From an uncultured Gammaproteobacteria bacterium (lineage in GTDB: Bacteria; Patescibacteriota; Microgenomatia; UBA10105; UBA927), in NCBI GenBank assembly GCA_964553825.1, contig CAZKLT010000002.1:66068-130067 (forward strand): a DNA stretch of 64,000 nucleotides, in the 5' to 3' direction. The notes under the pieces were generated by a model. The model worked only from the letters and a program-made list of their open reading frames with translations, made no database searches and was not told the origin of the DNA. Of the stretch, positions 48,602-57,909 are shown piece after piece. Position 1 is the first letter of the stretch. Every line of letters starts with the position of its first letter. Both the position numbers and the translations under genes were made by a program.

Positions 48602-50911
48602 TTAATCAGACCAGCAATACCCGATTGCGTATTCAGGCGGAAGAATTTTTTCGATACTCTGTACACTGGCTCCGTTGATGCCGCGATATTCGAAATGAAG
48701 ATGGGGGCCGGTTGAGTTTCCGTTGTTGTCGACATAGCCAAGTATTTGTCTTTTCCTCACAGATGCCCCCGTACTAATACCGGGTCCCGGCTTAAGCAAA
48801 TGACTGTAAAGAAACTGTGTTTTTCCGTCGTTACAATTCAGGTACACGAAGTTTCCATATCCAAATCCACATGTCGGACTGGTAAAATCTTTGCAAATTT
48901 GCCCGTCTCCGAGTCCGAAATAAGTGTTGGAAATCGTACCGTCACACATTGCATACGCCGGTGGGGCGCTGGGCGGATTTCCGTCATATGACCTATTACA
49001 GATGGTGCTGTTGTTCGTGCCGGCATCAATAGCATTGAGGTCAGAATGCGATCCGCCGCTGTTTGGCCCCTGGGTAATGCACCCGCAGGGTGTTGGCCAA
49101 TCACAGCTTTGCTTTGTTGGATCACAAAAAAGTGGTACGCAGGTAGGATCAGTCACGGGGTCGCACGCGTCGGGAGCCTGATATCCGCCGCCACCAATAG
49201 GAAGCATCGCTGAGCGGCGCACCTGGGTTTGGCTCGCAGAAGAAGGGATAAGCGATGTGATGGGAAGAACAACCAATATCGGCGAGGCAACGAGCGCGAG
49301 AATAATCATCCACTGAGGAACAGGGTCCTTGTACCTGCTATACGACTGAAGGAAAGCTGCCCAGTTGGCAGCAAAGCCGTCGCTGGCCGCCCGCACGCCC
49401 GAAAGGAGCCCTCCGGAAAAGGCCCCCATGACGCTGTTTAATCGTCCCTTCACCCAGTCCCAAACATAAGGCAGCACTATGGTAACGGCAAAGACAACCC
49501 ATCCGACCGGTCCGCCCGCAAGCGCGACGAGCCTGCTTCCCGCGGGAACACCCATCTTGAGAAGAAAGTTTGTGCCAAGCTTTTTGATTGATTCTTTGCT
49601 CCATGCTCCTAGCCCCGTTCGAGCAGCTGTTCCCGCAGCTGATGCCGCTGCTTCTTCCTTGACGCCAAAACGAAAAATCAAACTCAGCGGAGATTCGCCG
49701 ATTTCGAAATGGAAATGCTGGGGATCGTTTGCGTACGCCTTCCCCCCAAAAAAGTCATCGCTGCTGTATGTGCGTTCTCCCACTTTTTTGTAGAGCGCCT
49801 CCAGATAATCCTCCATGTCAGGATCGGGCGCCTGTGGAGCGGAAAACATGCCACTAAACGCGTTCGTAAATGCTCCTCCGCCAGCGCCGCGCCCCCTGAC
49901 GTACGTGTTTCCCTGCTCGATAAACTCCTTAAATTCACGACTTGAAACCACATCTTCTCCCAGGCGGTTCGTCATGTTTCCTATAAATGACTCTGCCTTG
50001 GTGGTTGTGTTCCAGGTGGCCGTAAAGACCCGGTCAATAGCTTCTCGGCGATTGGGGAAAACAGTGGTCACCACATCCTCAAAGGCATTTTTGAGCGGAA
50101 CGTGTTGGATGTTTTGGACGGGATGCTCCACAACGGTGGCGATGCGTGAAAGACGAAGCGCAGCGTCGGCAGTGTCGCCTCGCGCAATCGACTCGGACAG
50201 GACGGTGGTATTGGTGATATCAGGATGCTCAAGAACCGCTTTCGCTGTCCGCGCGGTGTGCAGAATGGGTGCGGAAAAATCTGGTGCGGTAAACGTAGGG
50301 GCAAATTCTTCTATGACAGCGCGGGTCTGCTCAACGTCCTGGCTGTTTCCGCGACGCCGGGCCTCTTCTATCAGTTCGTTTCTGATTTCCTCAAATGTTT
50401 TTAGGTGTATCTTCTCTTCGATTTTTTTGACTTCTTTTTCCGCTTCGGGTGTTCCATAGGCCCGAATTTTATGGAGTTTACTGAAAAACTGTTGGGTTTT
50501 GACGCGATTTTTTGCTATGCGCTTGGCCAGCCGTACGCGCTCCTGCGTAACAAGATCCTCCCATGCCTTTTCGCGCACCGGTGTTACCTCGCGGACAGGG
50601 AAGCTCTGGGCAAATCGTTGTTCTGGCTCCGTAAACTGCGTCAGTTTTTGTGCCTCTTTCGGGGCAATCTCTGCGAGTATGTCCCGCGGGCGACTAAACA
50701 GATCCCGTATTTTTTGCGGAGCAGTTTTGGGGTCCAAAAGAATCTCCGTTACTGTTTCCGGTTTTTTGAGAAAATACTCGCGAAGCTCAGGGTAGGTCTC
50801 CGCGTGGGCGAAAACAGCGGCAATCGATATTTCGTGACCACTATCAATGCTGCTCGTTACCTCATCGAGAAAGTCTGTTAACGATAACTGTGGAGTTTTC
50901 GGTGTGTCCAT
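48602..50911 (-). CDS. Large membrane protein with C-terminal M23 metallopeptidase domain
   Basis: C-terminal SH...AID, GYGNFV, YSHL and GNSTGPHLHFE; two hydrophobic segments; long helical N-terminus. Confidence 0.8.
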   Translation of the reverse strand: MDTPKTPQLSLTDFLDEVTSSIDSGHEISIAAVFAHAETYPELREYFLKKPETVTEILLDPKTAPQKIRDLFSRPRDILAEIAPKEAQKLTQFTEPEQRFAQSFPVREVTPVREKAWEDLVTQERVRLAKRIAKNRVKTQQFFSKLHKIRAYGTPEAEKEVKKIEEKIHLKTFEEIRNELIEEARRRGNSQDVEQTRAVIEEFAPTFTAPDFSAPILHTARTAKAVLEHPDITNTTVLSESIARGDTADAALRLSRIATVVEHPVQNIQHVPLKNAFEDVVTTVFPNRREAIDRVFTATWNTTTKAESFIGNMTNRLGEDVVSSREFKEFIEQGNTYVRGRGAGGGAFTNAFSGMFSAPQAPDPDMEDYLEALYKKVGERTYSSDDFFGGKAYANDPQHFHFEIGESPLSLIFRFGVKEEAAASAAGTAARTGLGAWSKESIKKLGTNFLLKMGVPAGSRLVALAGGPVGWVVFAVTIVLPYVWDWVKGRLNSVMGAFSGGLLSGVRAASDGFAANWAAFLQSYSRYKDPVPQWMIILALVASPILVVLPITSLIPSSASQTQVRRSAMLPIGGGGYQAPDACDPVTDPTCVPLFCDPTKQSCDWPTPCGCITQGPNSGGSHSDLNAIDAGTNNSTICNRSYDGNPPSAPPAYAMCDGTISNTYFGLGDGQICKDFTSPTCGFGYGNFVYLNCNDGKTQFLYSHLLKPGPGISTGASVRKRQILGYVDNNGNSTGPHLHFEYRGINGASVQSIEKILPPEYAIGYCWSD

Positions 50912-50916
50912 GAATG

Positions 50917-52842
50917 TTATTCAGGTCCGCTTACCGGCTCTACGGTAAAAATGGGTCTGTTTGGGGCAGGGGCCGCTGGGCGAGCTTCCTGTTTTTGCGC
51001 AGGCGGAATAATAGTTCCGGATGGCGCAGGGGCAGCAGGATTTGCTTGGGCAATTTTTTGTGCCGCAAGGTCCTGCGGCTTTGTCGTAATTATAGCGTGT
51101 TCCTGGGGCGAAGCGATTATCCGGATAGCCGCATGAGATGGTCCGGCAAAAAAGAGACCCTCGCCAACCGAAGCTGAGAGAAGAAGCTGTTTTTCTCCTT
51201 CTGAAAGAAAAAATACTTCGCCGACACGATCGATTGCGGCCGTCGACTGCTTGAGAAGTATTTGTAAGCTGCTGTTTTGGATAATTGTTTTGCCCAGATC
51301 GACGGACAGAAAGTCTTCCACATCCTGAGTGATTGTTGTGAGACCCAGATAGTATTTGCGGGCACGTTTTGCGATAGAGTTCAGAAATGCGCCGGAATCA
51401 GGAAATTTCATCATGTACCATGCTTCGTCCACGATAAGGATGCGCCGCTTTGTATCGCGCCGAACTTTTGTCCAAATAAAATCGAGAATAAGGTACATGG
51501 CGATCGGCCGTAACTCATCTTCCAGATCACGAATGGAGAATACCGTAAGCTGGTTTCGGATTGCGACATTTGTTTGTTGATCAAAGATGCCGACGAGGCT
51601 CCCTTTTACGAATTTTTCGATTCGGTCTGCAAGCCCGCGCGCAATAGGATCTTCCATCCCAACGAGCGTTTTATAGAGATCCTCCATGAGTGGCGGCTCT
51701 TTACCCTGAGTTGCCGGGTCTGGCGTAATACCCTTTTGCCGATAGGCAAGGATAAGGGCGCGGTCCAGAAGCGCATCCTCGGTGGGCGTGAGTTTTCCCA
51801 TAACTACCCGGAAAAATCCGTGAAGCGATAGAATTTTTTGGTTGAGTTCGCTGTCTTCCCGCTCTTTCCCTGTCTGATGAAGAAGGGCGATATCAAAGGG
51901 ATTAATTTTCGTAGTCGTGCCGAAATGGAATCGGATATACTCGCCACCGAGGGCGCGCGTAAGGGTCTCGTATTCGTTTTCCGGGTCGATGACGATGACC
52001 TCGGTGTCAAACATAAGGCTTCGGAGAATTTCAAGTTTTACCATAAACGATTTTCCTGAGCCTGATTTTCCAAACACTACCGTGTTTGCGTTTTCCAGTG
52101 TGAATCGGTCAAAAACAACAAGACTGTCGTTGTGTGAGTTGATGCCATAGAGAATTCCCTCATTGGCGGTAAGTTCGCTTGTTGTAAAGGGGAAGGTTGT
52201 CGCAAGCGATGTCGTGTCCATATTTCTGGTGATGACCAGGCGGTCTTGCCCCATGGGGAGTGTTGTTTTGAGCCCCTCTTCCATTTGAAGTGTCGCTCTT
52301 TTGGTAACGATGAGAAGGGACGCGAGCGTGGCCTCTACCTGTTTTGTGGTTTTATTGAGGTCCTCCAGATTTTTGGCAGGGATCGTTACGTAGAGACCGA
52401 ATTGAAAAAAACGCTGCGCTCCCTTGGCAAGCTCCTGCTGGAGGGCGAGGGCGTCTTCGAGGGCGACCTGAATGGACGGTTCAATGACCCGACCCCGCTT
52501 CATGTCGGACTGAATGGTGGCCTCCATCTCGCCAACTTTTCTTTTGAGATTTTCCAGCACCTCCTCGCTGCGCGTCGGATAGACGTACATAGCGATATCC
52601 AGAGTGTGATTAAACGATATAAGGGGTTCCAGCCAGTTTGCGCTGACGAATCGGGGATATCCGGCAACAAAAAGCGTTCGGTAATGGTAGTTGCCGATTT
52701 TTAGATTATCAAAATCCACGTCGATGTTCGGCGGCGCGATAATGTCTTTGACCGTCAGGCGCTCGGTGTCCAAATTTTGATTTACCGGCTTTTCGTCGGG
52801 CATCGGATCGATAATTTTCTTGAGTGTTGCTTTTATACTCAT
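50917..52842 (-). CDS. virB4: VirB4-like type IV secretion ATPase
   Basis: Walker A GKSGSGKS, IDPENEY, Walker B LIVDEAW, KRARKY and TQD motifs. Confidence 0.9.
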   Translation of the reverse strand: MSIKATLKKIIDPMPDEKPVNQNLDTERLTVKDIIAPPNIDVDFDNLKIGNYHYRTLFVAGYPRFVSANWLEPLISFNHTLDIAMYVYPTRSEEVLENLKRKVGEMEATIQSDMKRGRVIEPSIQVALEDALALQQELAKGAQRFFQFGLYVTIPAKNLEDLNKTTKQVEATLASLLIVTKRATLQMEEGLKTTLPMGQDRLVITRNMDTTSLATTFPFTTSELTANEGILYGINSHNDSLVVFDRFTLENANTVVFGKSGSGKSFMVKLEILRSLMFDTEVIVIDPENEYETLTRALGGEYIRFHFGTTTKINPFDIALLHQTGKEREDSELNQKILSLHGFFRVVMGKLTPTEDALLDRALILAYRQKGITPDPATQGKEPPLMEDLYKTLVGMEDPIARGLADRIEKFVKGSLVGIFDQQTNVAIRNQLTVFSIRDLEDELRPIAMYLILDFIWTKVRRDTKRRILIVDEAWYMMKFPDSGAFLNSIAKRARKYYLGLTTITQDVEDFLSVDLGKTIIQNSSLQILLKQSTAAIDRVGEVFFLSEGEKQLLLSASVGEGLFFAGPSHAAIRIIASPQEHAIITTKPQDLAAQKIAQANPAAPAPSGTIIPPAQKQEARPAAPAPNRPIFTVEPVSGPE

Positions 52843-52843
52843 A

Positions 52844-53503
52844 TCAGATATTCTTAATCGCGTCTTTTATTGTTTCGTCGTCTGGTGCGGGAATCCCCGC
52901 GTTGTATGCCGTAAAAAACAACTTCACCAACTGTTCGTTGGTCAGTTGGCTTGCGTTAAGCCCAACCCTGCTGAGAAGTCGAAGGATATGGTCCCGTTTT
53001 GGGTTCAGCACAGTGAGCGCCCGCTCAAAGATAAAGGAGAGAGGATACGGAAGTCCGCGTTTTTTGTTGCCGAATAATACTCCCGGAGTAGCGCCCAATT
53101 CCAAGCTGGAAAACGGAATAATGATATAGAACTTTTTATCCAGAACGTCCTTCTCCTTCACGGTTGCGGCCACGAAAAGACGATAGTCATGAATGCTTTT
53201 CTGTAATTTTGGATTTTTCTGTTTCCGTTCCTGATCTTCAAGAAGCCGTAGGTATGCGGTGACATCCTTGTGTTGCGTGCGGATAAGCACTTCGATAGGG
53301 AACGAGAGTGAGTTCAGCAGTCCCGCATACGCGGCTATGATGGAATCCTGTTCCCGTTCAGAGAGAAGTCCGAAGTTTACCGCGGTTGTCGAGATGACGA
53401 GGCTTGCCGAGCCATCCTGATAGATGACGATGTCGCGGTCGATCGTTTCTATTTCAATAAAGAGTTGTGTTGTAGATCTGATGGGGATGATTTTTTGTGT
53501 CAT
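52844..53503 (-). CDS. Conserved T4SS-cluster protein (VirB4 N-terminal/TraC-like partner)
   Basis: STTQLFIEI, VNFGLLSEREQ and LNSLSFPI motifs; tightly coupled between prgI and virB4. Confidence 0.7.
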   Translation of the reverse strand: MTQKIIPIRSTTQLFIEIETIDRDIVIYQDGSASLVISTTAVNFGLLSEREQDSIIAAYAGLLNSLSFPIEVLIRTQHKDVTAYLRLLEDQERKQKNPKLQKSIHDYRLFVAATVKEKDVLDKKFYIIIPFSSLELGATPGVLFGNKKRGLPYPLSFIFERALTVLNPKRDHILRLLSRVGLNASQLTNEQLVKLFFTAYNAGIPAPDDETIKDAIKNI

Positions 53504-53504
53504 A

Positions 53505-54941
53505 TCAGCTGCCGAATATTTCTTTTGCTAATTTGTCTCGTGCGACTTCCTTTTGGCTTTTGGCGATAATTTCCAGTGCTGGAACGATGGACCCATTGAG
53601 CGTAATTTGTACCCGGTCAAACGTATATCTTCCTCTGGGGTCCTCGATCTCCACGAAGTAGGTGCCGTTGGAAAGGGGGGTGGAGGCAGCAAATTGTCCA
53701 AGACGGTTTGTTTTAAGCGCGCGCACCGGAACGCTGTCGTGGTCCCGCACGGTCACCAAAACGCCCGGGAGGAAGTTGTTATCCGAGTCGCGCGTAATGC
53801 CGGTAACGACGTTGGGGAACGTTGTTAGCCTGGGGAGCCCCGCTTTGACGGCATCCTGAGGAGTAATGATTTTTACCGTGGGTCCGGTATGCGCTTGTGC
53901 CGTTGGGCCCTGTGCGGACGCAGTTGGGGCGGCGGGCGGTGGAGCGATGGGCTGCTGAGCGGCGGGGGGAGCGACAGGCGCCGTCACACGCACAGGGGAA
54001 GGCATGGGTTTCGGTGCCGGCGCGGGTGCTGCTGAGCGAAGCGTTTCAATTTCCTTTTTCATGCGGTCACGCTCCGTGAGTGTATCGGTGAGCTGTTTTT
54101 GGAGTTCAAGAACATGGACATGTGTTTGCGTTTTCGATTCCAGTGCTTGTTTCGGTGCCGGCGCTTTCACCTCCAGCTCCTTGGCATGTGCGGTTTGTGC
54201 AGCCGCTTCCTGGGTAATTACTTTCGGCGGCGGCGTGAGATCAAGATGTCTGCCCGTGACTGATGGCGTGGAAACGCTGGGTGCAGTCTGCGCCGCCGCC
54301 GCTGTATGCTGCGCGTACGAAGATGTCATCGTTGTTTTTTTGACTGGTGTAAATAGTGCAAAAAGCCAATCAAACGGACCGGCGCTCTGAGCCGGGTGAA
54401 CGGTGGGGGACTGGGTGGCTCCCGCAGCTGGGAAATGAGCAGGTGGCACAGGTGCGGGAGCCTGCGCGGGTGGCGTGACTGTTTTTGGAGAAGCGAATAT
54501 TCCCTGAAGCACATCCGAAACCGGTCGCGTTGGAGTTGTTGCACTTCCAGTTGTTTGCGGAGCTACAGGAGTACTATGTGTTGGTGCGGCAACCGAAGGG
54601 CGCATGGGAGCAGTCTGCACTGACGGCGCGGGCGCGGCTGGCTTCTGGGTTTCGGGAGTCTTTTCCCAGACAAACTGCGTCGGATTGTAGACGTTTTTAA
54701 TAAAAGACATGACCCAGATATCCATTGGGCGCTCTTCGACGGGAATGAACGCAAAACCAAATCCTGCAAGTCCCGAGATGATAGCCATCGGCCATGTGAA
54801 GAAAAAAGGAAGGGGGAGCTTGTAGCAGACATACGCCAGAATGGCGCCGCCTGCCAGGTAGCCGAATTGTTTAATAGTCATGTCGCCGATCAGTCGAAAC
54901 TGAAATGTGGTGACATTTTGTGGTACTGGATGTTGTTCCAT
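53505..54941 (-). CDS. PrgI-family (VirB3-like) protein with Pro/Ala linker and C-terminal Ig-like domain
   Basis: HPVPQNVTTFQFRLIGDMTIKQF followed by 2 TM; P/A/T-rich linker; coiled coil; TNRLGQF domain. Confidence 0.8.
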   Translation of the reverse strand: MEQHPVPQNVTTFQFRLIGDMTIKQFGYLAGGAILAYVCYKLPLPFFFTWPMAIISGLAGFGFAFIPVEERPMDIWVMSFIKNVYNPTQFVWEKTPETQKPAAPAPSVQTAPMRPSVAAPTHSTPVAPQTTGSATTPTRPVSDVLQGIFASPKTVTPPAQAPAPVPPAHFPAAGATQSPTVHPAQSAGPFDWLFALFTPVKKTTMTSSYAQHTAAAAQTAPSVSTPSVTGRHLDLTPPPKVITQEAAAQTAHAKELEVKAPAPKQALESKTQTHVHVLELQKQLTDTLTERDRMKKEIETLRSAAPAPAPKPMPSPVRVTAPVAPPAAQQPIAPPPAAPTASAQGPTAQAHTGPTVKIITPQDAVKAGLPRLTTFPNVVTGITRDSDNNFLPGVLVTVRDHDSVPVRALKTNRLGQFAASTPLSNGTYFVEIEDPRGRYTFDRVQITLNGSIVPALEIIAKSQKEVARDKLAKEIFGS

Positions 54942-55025
54942 AGACATACCCCAGCATGGGCGAGCTGGTACTACCATTTTAGGGGCTTTTTGCGCACAAG
55001 CGCAATAGCACAAAGCGCATCAGGA

Positions 55026-55056
55026 TCGTGAAAACTCGTATTTTCAGTTTTCACGA
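55026..55056. repeat. Perfect 11-bp inverted repeat in the prgI/virD4 divergent spacer
   Basis: TCGTGAAAACT-N9-AGTTTTCACGA. Confidence 0.85.
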
Positions 55057-55101
55057 AACCGCCCGGCGACAGCATCTGTCAATTTTTGATACTATAGCCT
55101 C

Positions 55102-57288
55102 ATGACGGATTCCCCGTTTGTACTGCTAGAAGTAAAAAACAGTCGTGACTCAGAGGAGACGCCTGCTGCGATGGAACAGATTTTTGCGGCGCTTGGCGCC
55201 GGTGGTGGTCACGGAGGCTTTTTGTCATTTCTTTTCCGTCCGCGGCATGCTCCCAAGTATTTTAGCTTTGAGCTGGTCGCCGTAAATTCCAGAATCCATT
55301 TTTTTGTGGGAATTCCATCGACGCTCCAGACATATGTAGAAAGCCAGCTGACGGCGCAATACCCCAAGCTTCTTTTGGCGCCGGTTGAAGATTACGCGCC
55401 GCATTTTCTCACGCTCCCGCACAAGGCTGCCCAGGTTGTTTTGTCCAACGCCTACTACTATCCGCTGAAGACATATAAGGACGTGAAAGACCTTGACGTT
55501 TTGGCGAGTTTATTGGGGCAGTTGGCGAAGCTTCCGGTGGGCGAGGCCGTAGCAATTCAATTCCGGGTGACGCCGGCGGGAACGAATTGGCAGCATGCAG
55601 CCTCAGCAATCGTTGCCAGAGGCGTTCCTGACGTGTCATCGACAACCGGCCGGACAAAGGCGCATCCACACGCCCGGCTGATAGAGTCGAAGATAGCTCA
55701 GGTAGGATTTGGGACTGCAATCCGCCTGGTCGCGGTTGCCGCAACAGAGTCTCGGGCAGCGGAATTGGTGCATGCAGTAGGAGGTACGTTTGGGGTCTAC
55801 ACGCTGGGAGAGGGTAACGGGCTTGTAGTAAGCGAACCCGCCTTCTGGCAAAAGAAAAAACTGGAACAGGGATTTGTCGAGAGAAACGGGAGTTTGGCGC
55901 CCAGATTTCAGGTTCTCAATGCAAGCGAGCTTGCCTCCTTGTGGCACCCTCCGGGGCTTGCACTATCGATGATTAAAAATATTTCCTGGGGCTCCCAGCT
56001 TTCCGGTGAGGCTCCTGAGAATCTTCCGGTGGCAACGGATAACGAGGAGGAGAAAAAGCAGATTAACTTTTTCGGCCGCACGGAATACAAGAATAAACTG
56101 GCAACATTCGGTATTCAAAAGGCAGACCGGCGCAAGCATGTGTATATCGTCGGGAAGACGGGCACCGGTAAATCCACGATGATTGCCAATATGGCAATAA
56201 ACGACATGAAAAACGGGGAGGGAGTCGCTGTGGTCGATCCTCACGGAGATTTGTGCGATATTTTGCTGGATTATGTTCCGTCTCACCGCATTAACGACGT
56301 TGCGTATCTGGATCCGGCCGACCTCGAGTACCCATTTCATTTGAATCCGCTTGAAGTGCGCAATACGGCGTACCGCGAACTTGTATCAAGCGGCATCGTA
56401 TCGATTTTCTACAAGCTGTACCATTTAAGCTGGGGACCCCGGCTGGAATACATTCTTCGCAATACCATTCTCACGCTCACAAATGTTCCGAATTCGACGC
56501 TTCTTCAGGTGCCCGAGCTTCTGACAAATGAGAATTACCGCGGGAAAGTGGTTGAGAAGATGACCGACCAGGTGCTTAAGAATTTCTGGCTGAATGAATT
56601 TGCAAAAATGTCACCTCAGATGCGGTCCGAGGCGGTGTCTCCCATTCTTAACAAGGTCGGACAATTTCTTTCTTCCCAGACGATTCGTAATATCGTGGGG
56701 AGTCCTACGTCAACGGTTGACCTTGAAGACATGATGAACCAGGGCAAGATCGTGCTCGTGAACTTGTCGCAGGGAAAACTGGGCGAAGACAGCAGTGCGC
56801 TTCTGGGAGCCATGATTATTACCAAAATGCAGCTTGCTGCCATGAACCGTGTGTATCTGGCTGAGGGCGAGCGGCGCGACTTCTACCTGTACGTCGACGA
56901 ATTTCAGAATTTTGCCACCACGTCATTTATCAAGATTCTTTCAGAAGCCCGTAAATACCGGCTCGATCTAACCCTTGCCAACCAATATATCGGACAAATA
57001 GATGAGGATGTCCAGAAGGCAATTTTTGGCAATGCGGGTTCCATTATTTCGTTCGGTGTTGGAGCGGCAGACGCCAGAATTCTTTCCCGCGAATTTGGTG
57101 AGAAATATGAGGAAGGCGAGCTTGTCGCCATGGGAAACTATGAGGTTGTTATGAAACTTTCGATTGATAATCACACAAGCTCGCCGTTTTCCGCAAAAAC
57201 GCTGCCGCTTCCCAAATCCCGTAATCAAAGCCGTGAAAAGGTGATTCGTTCATCCCGCGAGCGGTATACAAAGAAAGTGAGCCGGTAG
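55102..57288 (+). CDS. VirD4/TraD-like type IV coupling ATPase
   Basis: HVYIVGKTGTGKST, DPHGD, NPLE, YLYVDEFQNF, SEARKY and ANQY motifs. Confidence 0.88.
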   Translation: MTDSPFVLLEVKNSRDSEETPAAMEQIFAALGAGGGHGGFLSFLFRPRHAPKYFSFELVAVNSRIHFFVGIPSTLQTYVESQLTAQYPKLLLAPVEDYAPHFLTLPHKAAQVVLSNAYYYPLKTYKDVKDLDVLASLLGQLAKLPVGEAVAIQFRVTPAGTNWQHAASAIVARGVPDVSSTTGRTKAHPHARLIESKIAQVGFGTAIRLVAVAATESRAAELVHAVGGTFGVYTLGEGNGLVVSEPAFWQKKKLEQGFVERNGSLAPRFQVLNASELASLWHPPGLALSMIKNISWGSQLSGEAPENLPVATDNEEEKKQINFFGRTEYKNKLATFGIQKADRRKHVYIVGKTGTGKSTMIANMAINDMKNGEGVAVVDPHGDLCDILLDYVPSHRINDVAYLDPADLEYPFHLNPLEVRNTAYRELVSSGIVSIFYKLYHLSWGPRLEYILRNTILTLTNVPNSTLLQVPELLTNENYRGKVVEKMTDQVLKNFWLNEFAKMSPQMRSEAVSPILNKVGQFLSSQTIRNIVGSPTSTVDLEDMMNQGKIVLVNLSQGKLGEDSSALLGAMIITKMQLAAMNRVYLAEGERRDFYLYVDEFQNFATTSFIKILSEARKYRLDLTLANQYIGQIDEDVQKAIFGNAGSIISFGVGAADARILSREFGEKYEEGELVAMGNYEVVMKLSIDNHTSSPFSAKTLPLPKSRNQSREKVIRSSRERYTKKVSR

Positions 57289-57291
57289 CCT

Positions 57292-57846
57292 ATGCGAGTA
57301 GCACTTCTTGGTGGAGCATTTAATCCTCCCCACGTGGGCCACATGATGATCGCCCAGCAGGTATTGGACTTCACGCCAACTGATGAGGTGTGGTTTCTCC
57401 CCAATTACGCTCAGGCGCCTCCTAAGCCCGTAGCATCTGTGGACGATCGTCTTGCGATGACACGGCTTCTTACCTCTCCCCGCACGCGTGTTTCTACGCT
57501 GGAAATTGATAACAAGCTTGACGGCGAGACGGTTCACATTTTACCGCACTTGCCAGGCGAGCACGAATTTTCCTTTATTATCGGATCTGATCAGCTTCCC
57601 ACGTTTCATTTGTGGAAAGACTGGCAGAAACTTTTGTCATCCATCCCGTTTCTTGTCTTCCCGAGATATGGGTTTCCCAATGAGCCCCTGCACGACGGCA
57701 TGAAGGTTATTTCTGACACGCGGCTGATCGGCAGCAACATTTCTTCGACCAAAATACGGGAACGGATCAGACGAGGCTTGTCGATTGACCAATTCGTACC
57801 ACCTGCGGTTGCTGCATATATCCAGGCACACGGATTGTACCAATAG
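57292..57846 (+). CDS. nadD: Nicotinate-nucleotide adenylyltransferase
   Basis: GGAFNPPHVGH, FIIGSD and ISSTKIR motifs. Confidence 0.92.
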   Translation: MRVALLGGAFNPPHVGHMMIAQQVLDFTPTDEVWFLPNYAQAPPKPVASVDDRLAMTRLLTSPRTRVSTLEIDNKLDGETVHILPHLPGEHEFSFIIGSDQLPTFHLWKDWQKLLSSIPFLVFPRYGFPNEPLHDGMKVISDTRLIGSNISSTKIRERIRRGLSIDQFVPPAVAAYIQAHGLYQ

Positions 57847-57909
57847 GCCGCAGCTTGCGATCGCATTGATCGCGGGATACAATAAGATAAGCAAATGGAA
57901 TAAAACGTT

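Noticed and set aside
49815-50459. 214-aa + strand ORF (also 62098-62700 and 58749-59315)
   Set aside because: Antisense to long, well-formed genes; typical shadow ORFs.
57856-57875. GCGATC-N5-GATCGC hairpin after nadD as a terminator
   Set aside because: Short stem with no U-tract; insufficient support.
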